From Anthoceros angustus (taxonomy: Eukaryota > Plantae > Anthocerotophyta), in NCBI GenBank assembly GCA_010909165.1, contig MU008223.1, positions 62,001 through 126,000 of the forward strand: DNA of 64,000 nucleotides. The letters run 5' to 3'. The translations under genes were made by a program, and so were the position numbers. The notes under the pieces were generated by a model, which saw only the letters and a program-made list of their open reading frames with translations, was not told where the DNA came from and ran no database searches. Positions 12,805 to 25,879 of this stretch are shown piece by piece (the stretch's first letter is position 1; each line of letters begins with the position of its first letter).

Positions 12805-13037
12805 TGTAAGGGTATTAAAGTAAATGTACTTAGACTAATACACTTAGTCTAAGTTAGGTGTCATTAGTTTAGTCAAGCTAATCACTAGGAAGCTTCGCGC
12901 TGTTCCTAGGGGCTTCTTGTGGAGCTTCCTAGGAGCCCTATTGGAGGGTATAAATATCCCCAGTCCTCATCTCAATGTGAGAGATACATTTGCTTCCTCC
13001 TCTCCTCTTTCCACCATCCACTGCCACACATCCTTCA
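12805..13037 (+). repeat. 3' LTR, preceded by PPT aagtgggagg (12794-12803)
   Basis: Copy of 8150-8399, followed by the TSD. Confidence 0.95.
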
Positions 13038-15800
13038 CTAGGAGTCCATACCGCAAGTGCCGTAAGTATTCTTACATGTGGCTTTGACACGGGAAAATGT
13101 CTCATTATAGTCCAGGCCTTCAACCTGAATGTATCCCCTGGCTACTAGACGAGCCTTGTATCTGCCTATTGTGCCATCTGTGTTCAACTTCTTCTTGAAA
13201 ACCCATTGACACAAAACAGGCTTCCTACCAGGTGGTAAATCAACCAAAGACCAACAAACTCCCACTGAACGACGAAAGTCCACAGAGGAGTATGGAGGTA
13301 ATCCCGTATGAGAGGTGGAATGGTAAGAAGCCTCGAATCATCATACAGGTGATGTGGCAGGTTCTGGTTCATCGGGTCCTGCAGAACCAGAATCAAGAAT
13401 AACTGCATCAGAGGTGAGTGGAGAAAACTCATCTGAAGGTAATGGATGGTTCTTGACGGTGATGGAATTGACGTGTGCGGACGGAATGGATGCGTAAAAT
13501 TGATAATGGTGATGTCTCAAGCCGATGAAGAGGAACCTGAAGAATCTGGCTCATAAATGTCTGAAGACAAAAAGATCAGTATTCTCAAAAACATCACCAG
13601 AGTCATCAATGCCATGAATAGAGGGAGCAGTCAAAGGAGCATCCGGCATAAGAGCAGCATGGTGATGGCGGAGAAGAGCATCTTCATGAAATACAACACT
13701 TCAAGCAAAGGATAACTGGCGTGTGCCAGGGTCAAACAACTTGTATCCTTTAACATCATCTGAATAGCCAACAAATATACTTCTAACTGCCTTCGGGTCA
13801 AGCTTAGCACGCAGAGCAGAAGGGACCAAAGCATATGCCGGGGCTCCAAAAATTCGTAAATGAGTGATTCGAGGCTTCTTACCATTCCACCTCTCATAGG
13901 GGGTTACCAAGCCAAGTTCCTTGGTAGGAAGTCGATTCTGTACATAATTTGCAGCTGTGAGAGCCTCTGCCCAATAACCACAGGTTAAACCTGCAAATGA
14001 TAGACTGGACAAGGTTGCCTCCTGAAGAGTTCGATTCTTTCTCTTAGCAAAAGCATTCTGTGCAGGGGTGTAGGGTATTGTCAACTGGTGTTGTATGCCT
14101 TCTGCCTCACAAAAGTCCTTGAAAGCATGGCTGGTGTACTCTCCTCCGTTATCTGTTCGAATATGTCGGATCCGAGCACCACTATGTCTTTGAGCCATTT
14201 TCGTGAACTTGAAATGTGGAGAGGGCATGACTCTTATGATGCAAAATGTAGATGTAACAATATCGACTCCATTCATCTATGAAGGTTATAAAGTATAAGG
14301 CACCTCCAAAAGAAGCAGTAGACATTGGTCCGATGGTATGAAGAATACTAGGGGCTCTAGACAAATCTTTGTCTCTAAAGGGCTGTGAGATGGCCTTGCT
14401 GGTTTGACAGGCATCACAGAAAGCATGGGTGTCAAAGTTAAAGGTGAAAGGATCTCTGAATACCTCATTACAGTTGAGGAGGGACAAACGTTGGAAATTG
14501 ACATGACCAAGGCAGCAGTGCCAAAGTTGGGTTGGTGTAAGGTGAGACTCTGTGGTGGTATGCACAGAGTGACTCAAGTAAGAAGTCTTGACATCCAATA
14601 AGTACAAGTCATTATATGGGGTTCCTGAGAAGAGTTCATCCCAATTTGACAAGCGAGATATAGAGCAGCATGGTGGCGAGAAGAGCATCTTCATGAAATA
14701 CAACACTTCAAGCAAAGGATAATAGCGGCGTGTGCCAAGGTCAAACAACTTGTATCCTTTAACATCATCCGAATAGCCAACAAATATACTTCTAAGCGCC
14801 TTAGGGTCGAGCTTAGCAGAGCGAAGGGACCAAAGCATATGCGGCTCCAAAATTGTAAATGAGTGATTCGAGGCTTCTTACCATTCCACCTCTCATAGGG
14901 GTTACCAAGCCAAGTTCCTTGGTAGGAAGTCGATTACATAATTTGCAGTGTGAGAGCCTCGCCCAATAACCACAGTTAAACACCGCAAATGATAGACTAG
15001 ACAAGGTTGCCTCCTGAAGAGTTCGATTCTTTCTCTTAGCAAAAGCATTCTGTGCAGGGGTGTAGGGTATTGTCAACTGGTGTTGTATGCCTTCTGCCTC
15101 ACAAAAGTCCTTGAAAGCATGGCTGGTGTACTCTCCTCCGTTATCTGTTCGAATATGTCGGATCCGAGCACCAGTATGTCTTTGAGCCATTTTCAGGTAC
15201 TGTTGAAATGTGGAGAGGGCATGACTCTTATGATGCAAAATGTAGACAGAACAATATCGACTCCATTCATCTATGAAGGTTATAAAGTATAAGGCACCTC
15301 CAAAAGAAGCAGTAGACATTGGTCCGATGGTATGAAGAATACTAGGGGCTCTAGACAAATCTTTGTCTCTAAAGGGCTGTGAGATGGCCTTGCTGGTTTG
15401 ACAGGCATCACGAAAGCATGGGTGTCAAAGTTAAAGGTGAAAGGATCTCACAATACCTCATTAGTTGAGGAGGGACAAAGCGTTGGAAATTGACATGAGG
15501 CAGCGGTGCAAAGTTGGGTTGGTAAGGTGAGACTACGTGGTGGTATGCACGGAGTGACTCAAGTAAGAAGTCTTGACATCCAATAAGTACAAGTCATTAT
15601 ATGGGGTTCCTGAGAAGAGTTCATCCCAATTTGACAAGCGAGATATAGAGCAGCCTGAAGGATCAAAGAAAATACGGCATGCGTGCTCTTGAGATAGTTT
15701 AAGAACAGACATGAGGTTTTTTGTCATAGAAGGGACGAAGAGCACACCTGATAGGGTGATTATTGACCTATCTGACAACTCTATCCTCACTATTCCGAGC
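13038..15800 (-). pseudogene. pol: Ty1/copia pol (host element, right part): post-protease region, GAG-pre-integrase, integrase (duplicated), RT start
   Basis: VLFVPSMTKNLMSV, LWHCCLGHVN, IRTDNGGEY...PAQNAFAKRKNRTL, KLDPKAVRSIFVGYS, WVFKKK...[22 protein letters not shown]. Confidence 0.93.
13651..15646. repeat. ~1-kb tandem duplication of the integrase region (13651-14661, 14662-15646)
   Basis: Duplicated integrase ORFs. AGAGCAGC at 13651, 14662 and 15647. Confidence 0.95.
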
Positions 15801-17395
15801 CCTTGAATTGGGCTTTAGCTATTCCCTCCGGCTCGCAGCTAGAAGGACGAAATGGCAGCGTTGGTTTTAAGGGCATATTGCAGGAAGCCACGGCACGCAG
15901 TGCTGTGATCTATACATTTTCGGTAGGTCGAACCTGCACACTTGCAGAGAACGAAGGAACGCAGCACCTCCAGCACAGCTCTAAGCCCCGAATGCGTGGC
16001 GCAATGCACCACCGCTAGCACACCCCTAATTGCCGGTTTTGGCTAGTGCTGAAAATTAACGTGCAAACCCTGCAGAGCGCATGATTGTTTCATTGGTGCA
16101 TGCACCCACACGTGTTGGCACCCTACCGTAATTGTTCGCTCACCGACGATCTTCAAGTATTGATTTATCGGCCATGTGCGCCCGCATGATCGACATCCGA
16201 CCATGATGTATGCCAGTATGCCAATCCATTGTCATGAGCCAATGACGTTCGCTGAGTCGTGATGTGACCTCAACGCAATCGCTTGAACCTAGGTTTTTGG
16301 CGTCCTTGGATTATGGTGTGCCAAGGTATGTCCCGGTTGGCATGGTGCTATTTAATTATGTACCACGGAGAGGCTCATTTGCACTGGAGAGGGAAAGGGC
16401 CACGGGTCGACAGCCAATGGCGGCGAGCTGATGTCATGTCGCGAATATTTCAGGGCACGCAGCATAGTTGGACTGGCAATATCACGCGCATCTGACTCGA
16501 ACTGCGGTGTAACGAATACACGCATCAACGGCTTGAATTGCATCCATACTAAGGTCGGGAGGCGAGAGTGTCCATACGGGCTTTCACCGCCGATTCATGT
16601 AGGTCCGGCCTCGCTCTCCTTCAAGGCAAGAGCACCATTGAGGTCCTCCTCTACCTCATCTCAAGCTTATATTTGGGGATGCTTTGGTTGTGTTGCGGCA
16701 TGAGGCTGTTTTGTGGGCATGAGTTTGAATGCCCGCTGGTGTTTGCGATGGGATGGCGGCGGGACCAAGCAGGCGTGACTACCGCTTTCTTGCGTGCATA
16801 GAGGCAAGATCCAAACCGGGCGGATTCGTGGGCACTTTGGCAGCTTCCGAATGCCATCCGGACTTTTTAGACAACGCCCGGATGTGGGTAGCTGCGTGCA
16901 CGCACCGCCCGGCGCCTGCGTCGTGCTTATCGTTGGGAGGTGCTTGCTCGAAATTACGGTGGATGACCACACCGCCTAACCCGAGGATCGGTGAATGGTT
17001 TGACAAGCAGCCGGATTTGGTGGGCGCTTTTCAGCTTTGCGGTCGAGTCGGGCAAGGATGCCATTCCTCACAAGATGTATACACACCGGTTGCGGGCATG
17101 GCCCAAAGATCCAATTGAGGTAGACGGTGCACATGAATTGATTATAGGTGATGGTAGAAATTACATGGCAAGCCGTCGGATGAGTCTGGGTCGTGATGCC
17201 TCTAATTGCAACTCGATATTGGCAGCGTGAAGTTGGCTCGGTTCATTGAGCTTGATTCTACATTTCATTGTCAAGCCATGTGAGCTCGCAATTTGCGTGC
17301 AGAGACAAAAGCATACTTGTTTTACTGGAATGCAACCGTAATAGCGCGTATGCCCAAAATACAAAGTTTAATGTTGTAATAAAGTGTTCCGTCTC

Positions 17396-18361
17396 TGTGG
17401 GAGAAAAACCCCGGGGCTCGAGATTCACCCTCTAGTGGCCACACTTATCCCACTGTCACTCAGTACGTCGGGTTTCGTCCCATAAGACTTGTGTGGACAG
17501 CCGGATTCTGAGAGATCAATCGTTGCCTTCACCCATTCACAACCTCGGCCCCTCAACAAGCAAGGCGCCCTCTAACTCTCCCTCTACAACAGCTGCACCA
17601 CTTGCACTGCTCTGAAAATTCACCAACTCCCGACCTACAACAACACAACACAACTGTAGGCCATGCCTCAGTGGAAAGGAGCCCACCACGGCGTCCAGGG
17701 GACCCCATGACCCACGCGATTTCGTCCCCACCTCTAAGACTAACTCCTCCAACAATTTGAGCACCTTCTTGTTACAGATTTGGGATTCGTCCCTTAGGCT
17801 CTGCTTGTGGCCTTCCACTATTACCTACACTCTAATCCTCTACTCATCATTCCACTCATCATCCTCCTCAACGCTCAACTCAACTCATCATCCTCCTCCT
17901 AATCTAACTTCACTTCAAGCTCACCGGCCCCGGCTCGCTCTTACGGCACAACTGCCTGGGGTCCGCCTACAAGCCAGCAAGTTCTTCCTTGGGCCGGTTG
18001 CTATGAGTTTGACACTGGCCGAGAACCTCCAGAGTCTTTCCTTGTAGCTACCCTCAAGCCGAGAGTTCCTTGGGCATCGCCACACACCCAAAGCAAAGCA
18101 ATTTCACAGCAGCCATTCACAAGGGGAGCAACTCGTCGAGGCGCCCGCAAGGAGCGAGCCCTCTACCAAGCACTCCGACTACCAAACTTCCTCTCTACCA
18201 GACACTGCGTTAGCTTACGGCACGAAATTCCTTCACAAGGAGCAAAGGACTCGCGAGTATGGAAGTGCAAGACGTGATACTTTACTGTGTAAAATCATCC
18301 TCCTCTTATAGGAGGATCCGATATACAACCTCCCTCGGGAGGTTGTATATGGGATCCTCCT
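17396..18361. mobile_element. LTR-like family L, copy 2 (inverted relative to the others)
   Basis: Starts TGTGGGAG, the reverse complement of the shared terminus. Colinear in reverse with 29542-30451 and 45230-45722. Confidence 0.85.
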
Positions 18362-18367
18362 GCTAAC

Positions 18368-19428
18368 GCCTGCTTAGATATGAGGCTTAGCAAAGACCAA
18401 TGTCCTGCAACCAATCACGAGGAGGAGGAGATGAAGAACATTCCTTCATGCATGGGTAGTATGATGTTTGCCATGGTTGCAACTCGTCCAGATCTTGAGA
18501 AAGCTCTAGGTGCTGTGAGCCAATATATGCAAAATCCTGGAAAGCCACATTGGATTGCAGTGAAGAGGATAATGAGGTACTTGAAAGTCACACATGACAT
18601 GTACCTTGAGTTTTCAGGTTCAAATGAAGGACACGTACTGCTTGGATATTGTGACTCGGATTGGGGGAGCGATCTTGATGATCGGAGGTCCACAACCGGA
18701 TATGTTTTTATCCTAGGGGGAGGTGCCATCGTTGAATAGCAAAGCAACCAACACAATGTCATGTGGAGGCTGAGTACATGGCATCCACACAAGCTACAAA
18801 GGAAGCCATTTGGTTGAGAAGGTTCATGGAAGAAATTGGGTATCAACAAGTGTACCCAACTGTTCTTCAAAGTGACAACCAGGAAGCATGGCATTGATCA
18901 AGAACCTCGGCACCACTCAAGGACAAAGCATATTGATATCCAACATCACTTTGTTCGTGAAAGGGTGAAATCATTGGAGGTTCCATTTGAGTATTGCAAA
19001 CGGAGGATATGGCTGCAGATTTCTTTACCAAGGCTTGAGCAAGTTCAAGTTTGAGAAGTGTAGAGAGGTAGTTGATTAAGGCAAACTCAGGTGCGCTGAG
19101 TGGGATTGTTGACGATGCAGCTTCGAGTTTGTTAAGATGGATATGACTATGCGTAAAAGATGTAGGTGATTGAGCAGTATATAGAAGTGGGTAAATGGGA
19201 AACATATACCCCATATTGAGTAGGAAACGTGAGTGACAGTTTTAGGGTTTAAAAGGGTGAGACCAGCTAGCTATAGTAGGTTCAGCTCTTTGACTATTGT
19301 CTTTGTGTTCTATGCTCAAAGTTGCTCTTTACTTGTGTTTTAAGGCCTCGTTTAGTTTTGTAATTCGAACACTTACTTTCTTGACACTTGTGACCCTCTT
19401 GAAGCATGGCTAGCTTCCAATCTCAACA
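18368..19428 (+). mobile_element. copia family D, 3' part: RT end, RNase H, PPT and 3' LTR (19107-19428)
   Basis: GYCDSDWGSDLDDRRSTTGYVF and HSRTKHIDIQHHFVRE. gagtggga is followed by TGTTG...CAACA, which matches 27969-28310. Confidence 0.92.
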
Positions 19429-19599
19429 GATCAGCCTTGATCCTAACTAGTCTATTCGCGAATTAAGGTGTAGGTTGCGATATTTGTTCTTCAAATCTTC
19501 CAAGTCTGCAGGCCACTTGCCCTCACACTGTGCAAGGCATCCCTTTCCATAGCCAACTGCCCCACTTATATGGACATAGCGTGATACCCTTCTCCGCAT

Positions 19600-20406
19600 C
19601 ATGGATGCGCCTCAACATCCTCTTTGCAGGGCATGATCGGCTCGAACCTTCTCTTACGCACAACCATCAACCTTCTTACGCACAACCATCAAGCGACGTA
19701 CCATGTCTTCAGCTTTCTTGCAACTCTCTTCCTCTTGCGAGGCCCTCGATTAGCTTCACTCACAGCCCCTTGGCTTCTTCTAACTCGCTTGAGGAGTCCC
19801 ATGACTCTTGTAGGGTCTCCTTCTCCTTCTCAATTCTCCTACCTCGAGGTCCTTGCCATTTAATAAGTCATCCTTAGCCTTTGCAAGGCCCCGACCTCCT
19901 TTACATCCTTCTTGGCCATCGCCACGGATACAAACCGGACTTGTTCTCGCATCCCTCGATTCTCCAAGGCCCATCCTTCCTTCTCCTTAGCGTGTCACCA
20001 TAATGCCATCCAACTCTTGCACCATCTCTTGATGCCTCAACTCAACTCCCTCAAGGTCCAATGTAAGTCGCTTTTCCCTTTCAAGAAACCTACCTACACT
20101 TGACTCTAGCTCTACAATCCTAGTTTGAGCTGCCCTTAATTCTTCAGATCCACATTTCCTACTGGGCAGCCCCAACGCTAGGTTTAAATATCGGTTCGCC
20201 ACGGCACGGCTTGAGACATGCCATGCCATGAGCATGGCCTTCCTTGCCTCTCTCAGATCCGCAACAACCGCGATCGGGCCATCGGGGCAAGGAACTAATT
20301 CAAGTTCCCGTCTAATACCGGCTATACTGCACGATACAAAGTCGAACTCACAAGACGACGCCATTGAAAGAAAATTTCCACCAGCCCTCGAATCGCAAAA
20401 GGACAA
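19600..20406 (-). pseudogene. Degenerate ORF with a charged, coiled-coil-like C-terminal half; probably a retroelement accessory protein
   Basis: EELRAAQTRIVELESSVGRFLEREKRLTLDLEGVELRHQEMVQEL. No catalytic motif recognised. Confidence 0.35.
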
Positions 20407-22030
20407 TGCGCTATAACCTCATCCATCACTTGAGCACGATCAAGATACGTGCATCCTCCCAGCCTTCGTCTTTCAACTCTTATCACGTGCCTCGCTTTGA
20501 GCGAGTGCTCTCTCCGCCTCGCTCAATTGAACGAACGAAGGCGGAGCAAGATCGCTGGAATTGCCACGACAATCGTGGCAGAACTTGAATAAGTTCTGCG
20601 GTGGCCTTGGCCGGGGTTGGCATAAATAAGAGAGAGAGGAGTAGGGAGAGGAAGGCCATGCTCATGGCATGGCATGTGGGTTTGCCAGGCCGTACCCTGG
20701 CGAACCGATATTTAGGCCTAGCCAGCCCCAACACCTCTAAAGGTACCTAATTCTACTCCTTCCCGCTGATTTACGAGGGTAGCCCCTACAGCGGGCAAGA
20801 CAGGGAGTGTATGTCAAGACCCGAGAGGTTCAGGCTATTCTAAGGAGAACAAGGTAAATGACCATTTTGCTTAACGACATTGAATTGGAGATGGATCCTG
20901 ATATGGTGGCCTTTCCGAGACGATGGAAGGAAGGGGTGGGAGGCAATGGTGGTGCACGAGGTGGTGACGTGGATGTCGAGAGGCTATCAAGGAATACAGA
21001 TGGCGCGGAAGGGGGCTTGGGAGGAAGGAGGCCAGAGGGGGTGAGGCACAACGGGACTTTGAATGGGGGGAAAGGCGACGATGAACAAGGAGCAGGGAAG
21101 TGGAGACAGGGAGGCGCGATCTTGAGGAAGCATGCAGGAGGGAGGCAGCGGAGGGGGGAACCGAGTGATAGTGTGGACGATATTGTGGTGCCCGCGACAC
21201 CACGATTGCCCAGGGTTGGTGGAAGCTGCATGCCTGGGAATGGGGTCAATGGAGGCCGAAAGAGGAGGCGGTGGGCAGCAGCAAATAATGGAAAAGAGGT
21301 GGAGGTGCACCTGACCGCCAGTGACGGCCATGTATGCGAAAGTGGAGGCCGTTGGGATCGGAGGGGAGTGGCGCCGAGGCGGGAAGAAGGTGTGGGCGGG
21401 GAGTGGTGTGGAGCACGGAGAGGGGAACTGGCCTGTCAGCAAATACACTTGTGTGCACTATGGACAGCCAAAAATCGCAGGGGGACCGGAGGAGCGGGTG
21501 GCGGAGGACAGACAGATGGATCACCAGCAGCAGCCATGGTCGGGGCAGGGGCAAAAAGGCGCGTAACAAACATGAGGCAGTTGTCGAGGGGGAGAGAGAA
21601 TGATGGAGGACTAAGAGGGCATCATGCAAGTGCATTTGATATCGGCAAAGGCCAAAGCGGATGCAGGAGGCCGGGGGACAGATGGGGGACGCTGCAGAAT
21701 GGGCAGCAGAGGAGGCGGTGCTGAAGTGGACGATGTGCCCACTTGTGCCATACACATACCTTGCGGCCTCGGATCTGAGAGCATGGACAGTGGAGCCCCA
21801 GTTGAGGCAACGCCACATGTGATACAGGGTGGAGGCCGAAAGAGGAAAACGGGAGGAGGAGAAGAGGAGGCAGCCGGCAGTGGGCAAGTGACAAGGGCAC
21901 GGGCTGCGACAACCGGAAGAACGAGGACGAAAGAGGAAAATGTCCAGCAAGAAGGGCAGAAGAAAAGAGGAGGGACTGCAGGCAAGGTAAGGCAAATGGA
22001 CAGCTTGCTGTCGAAACCCATTAACGCTGG

Positions 22031-22494
22031 ATAACTCATGATGGGCATGCTGGTTTGTATGTGCAATGTGTGCCTGCAGAAGGCAGGGAGGGAAATGATG
22101 GAAATGGCAAAGCTTGCCTCGGCCGAATGCAAGCGGGAGGGGAACGGGAGGGCGGAAGTTTCTTGTAGGTGCATACGATGGCCAGTGAAGTGCCTTAGAT
22201 GGAGGCGTAAGCATAAGCCAGGCGATACCAAATCACCTCCATAGCACAATCTTGTAGAGCCATAACTCATGATGGGCATGCTGGTTTGTATGTGTAATGT
22301 GCCTGTATGCGGTGGAGGGAAATGATGGAAATGGCAAAGCTTGCCTCGGCCGAATGCAAGCGGGAGGGGAACGGGAGGGCGGAAGTTTCTTGTAGGTGCA
22401 TACGATGACGAGTAGGAAGTGCCTTAGATGGAGGCAGAAAAGCATAAGCCGGCGCATACCAAATCACCTCCGCATAGCACAATCTTGTAGAGCC
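22031..22494. repeat. ~231-bp tandem duplication
   Basis: Units start ataactcatgatgggcatgc at 22031 and 22262. The related motif ataacctcat is at 22495. Confidence 0.9.
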
Positions 22495-24678
22495 ATAACC
22501 TCATAGTGATGCATCACAATAAGGTGATAGGTGGGGACAGTATCTTCGTGGGCGCCACGGCAGGAAGCCGATGGCTATTGGTGATGTGGGAAGGACTAAC
22601 CGCATGCCGGTTTGCTACAAAGTAGATAAAGGGCCGTCGATATTTACACAATAGTAGATTATCACCGTAGATTATATGCATATAGTATGAAGGATGTATT
22701 GATACAGGTATTTATATGTGGTCGTATTGATGGGCGTATCAATGGTAACTACCAAGTAAAACGTGGTATGTATTCCATGGGGCAAAAGTAAAAGGGCAAT
22801 GGTGGATGGGGAGGAGGTTCGGTACCAAGCCTACAAAAGTGTTACAAGACCTCTCTTGTAACACTTTAGATGTTGCAATCATGTTGCAATCTTGAGAGAG
22901 GGCAAAAGCACCTCTCACTTCATCTTAACATAATTGCAACATGATTGCAACAATAGCCGTGGTCTGGTTTCCAAGCCAAAGTGTAACAAGGGGCCCAAAA
23001 AGTGTTACATGGCCCCAAAATTGCAACATGAGTGTTACATCCAAGGGTCCAAATCTTAACATAAAGTGTAACATAGGCTGCCCTTTTCTAGTAGGAGCTC
23101 CTACAAGAGAGGAAGGGGAAATTGCATCTTCTTCCCAAATGGCATACCTACCTGAGGAAAGGATTGAGGTAGGAGGTGAGACCAGGGGCAGTTCCGAAGA
23201 GAACCGATCCGAGTCAGGAGGAGGTAAGCGGCCCGCTGAAGACAAAAAAGATGACAGCGCGGGAGTCTAAAGAAGCAAGCGAAGACGGACCTCTTAACTG
23301 GTAGGATGACTCATAGGACGACTAGTAGGTACATTCTTTTTGGACACTGACACTGAGGTGGGGCCCGTATCTAAGGGGGTAAACATATTTTGAGGGAGGG
23401 AGCGACCGAGATGACTGGGAAGATATGGCAGTAGTGAGCTGGACCTTACCCCGGGGGTCAAGAGACCGGGCTACCAGTCGCGAATTCCTTCATAGAATCC
23501 GGAGGGTCATCTCGCATTTAAGATGCAACGCATTTCGAGAAGTTTACTCCACCTATAAAAGGGGAGCCATGTTAACAGTTCACAATCAATCCTTGCAATT
23601 CTTCCCCCCAGCGGTGCACCCCTTTGCTGTGGTTGTGCGCGCGTCCGACTGCCGTCCGCCAAATGGCGTATTGGTGGAGGAGGACGAGGTTAATTGGAGG
23701 TGCTGAGCTGAGAGGAAGGCGCGCGCGCCCGTCCCTCGGCTAGTCCCTTTTCCCTTGTGGAAGGCTGCATCTTGTGGTTGCTATGTGCTTGCTTGGTGGC
23801 ATCTTGCAGGGCACTAATGTTAGCCCATCGGAAGCGGACCTTGGGAAGCTTCCGGACCCAAGAACGCTCATGTTAGAGGCAATTCCAAGGCTGCCGGCCC
23901 AAGCAAAAACCCATCGATTCAGTCACTACTGGCAGCTGTGCCGTAAGAGCGATTTGCGAGTTCGTTGAGAGTAGAGGTAGTTGGTGGTTGGAGGAAGAGA
24001 TTATGAGACTGAGTTGTTGGGATATTGTTGTTGTAGTGTTTGTAATTGTAGGAGTTAGAAGATCCTGGGAGGCTCGAGGTGGGGCTATGGTGGCGCCAGT
24101 AAACTCAAAACCCACATTCATGCATGCAGATCGTAAGAGCAATTTCTCCAGTTGCGCCCCACCACGATGTCCGCCACGTGGCTCCATTGAGGGTGCCACC
24201 ATTCAAACTCGATTTGCTATATCCAACCTCCTTTAGATGCATATATAGCCTTCCTGCATGTGCACGAATTTCGAGGTCCAAGGAAGTTGCCTTCATTGCT
24301 CTTCGAGATAATTTTCTTCCACCGTTTCACCTGCCCGAAGACCAAGGGTTACCTACCCTAACCTCTGAAGTTTAAGGTATGTTTTCTATCCTACTGCTTA
24401 CGACTTTCTACCAAAGGCCAAGGACTTCCTACATATAAAACCAAGTGCTGTTGTCAGTCTATTGGTACCACCATTTCCTAGCCTAAGGGTTAGCGGTCCT
24501 ACCGGAGCCTCTAAGTCCCATCCCTCCTACGATCTTCCTACGGTCGTCCTACTGACTGACTACGATGACTCGAGTTGCGAACCTGCTAAGTCGGACAATG
24601 ACTTCCTACCGCTACCTACTTATGTGATTTCCCCTACAGTCTACCATCCCCTGCTACATCCTGAGTGACCAAACTTTC

Positions 24679-25700
24679 TCATTCCACATGCTCCTCTCCC
24701 CATCTGTTTGCGTCCCCGCAAACATCTTGCGGTGTATAATACTTTTTCACCTTCCATCCATTCATCCTCGTAGGGTGAAGCTCCCTATCAAATTTGCTAG
24801 TTGTACTGACCCATTCTCGTAGAAAGTTACAACACGCATTGGTCCTAACCACCTCAAACGCAATTTTCCTGGAAAATCTAGATATCGACGTCATAGAGAA
24901 GAACCAAATCACCTGCTTTGATTGATTGTTGCTTCCGTAGTTTCCTGTCGTGTCGCTCTGTCCTTAGATGTTGCACCCTCTGTGTTTCTTCCAAAGCATC
25001 TTCTCTATCTTCCTCATGCTTGACGAAATGTCGCAGCCTTTCCTCTTGACTATCTACTTCTGTTGTCCGCGTGTCTTCCACAATCCTGTAAGTGGGGACT
25101 TCAAACTCCACCGGCATTGCTGGTGACATCCTATGCATAGGTGAGATAGAAGGGTGTTTTTCAGGTCGTAACCTTCTCCGCAGTCTTGAATGACCTCAAA
25201 ACTGAATGCAACTTGCTGTCCCAGTCATACATGTGCGTGACGGTTACCTTGGTCAAAATGTTACACAGCAGCCCATTCGTCTTCTCTGTCAGCCCATTTG
25301 CCTTGGGACTGTATGGCGAATGTCTTTCGATGGCGAATGTTGGAATAGGTGGTCAATGATTCGATGACTCCGTTGAGGAAGTGTGCTCCTCGATCACTTA
25401 CTAGTTCCAGCGGGCATCCATACCGGGTTATGATGTGTTCGAACAAAAACTTAGCCACTGTGGGGGCATCATCCTTCTTAGTCGCTTCTGCCTCCACCAT
25501 CTTGGTACAATAGTCCGTTCCACCAAAATATATTGCCTCTGAGTCTACCGCGTGGGAGGTTGAATGGGGCCTACAATATCAATTCCCCATTTCTCAAAAG
25601 GTGCTAGAGGAAGGATATATGTCAACGGGCACTAGGTGGAAAGCGTTGGCCTCCCTGTCCGTTGGCAAGCATCACATCTTTGATTGAACCTCCAGATGTT
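24679..25700 (-). pseudogene. pol: Ty3/gypsy integrase (core and GPY/F region)
   Basis: PFEKWGIDIVGP, DYCTKMVEAEAT...ITRYGCPLELVSDRGAHF, GDLVLLYD, MNGWKVKKYY. Confidence 0.9.
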
Positions 25701-25879
25701 CTTATGCATTGTGGACCACCAAAAACATGCAACGAGGATTTTCTTCACCATTACCTACACCGAAAATTGCCCTCCTGCTTCTTCAGCATGCAGAGCTTCG
25801 ATCAGCTTCCCGAACCTATGCCAAGATGCCAAAGTCGTTTGAGCCATTGCCAACAGGAGCAACTATGGGAGCAACATCA

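Larger units (their letters stand above)
8150..13037 (+). mobile_element. Structurally complete Ty1/copia element nested in another copia
   Basis: Two LTRs TGTAAG...CCTTCA. 5-bp TSD CTAGG at 8145-8149 and 13038-13042. PBS, gag-PR-IN-RT-RH order and PPT present. Removing it restores the host RT (..GLLVHQLDVKTAF..). Confidence 0.97.

Noticed and set aside
15800-17395. Possible host gene or unknown element between copia and family L
   Set aside because: No domain, splice structure or termini I can support; left unannotated.
20858-22279. Long ORFs of 288, 322 and 222 aa
   Set aside because: Overlapping on both strands in purine-skewed G-rich sequence, with no recognisable domain.
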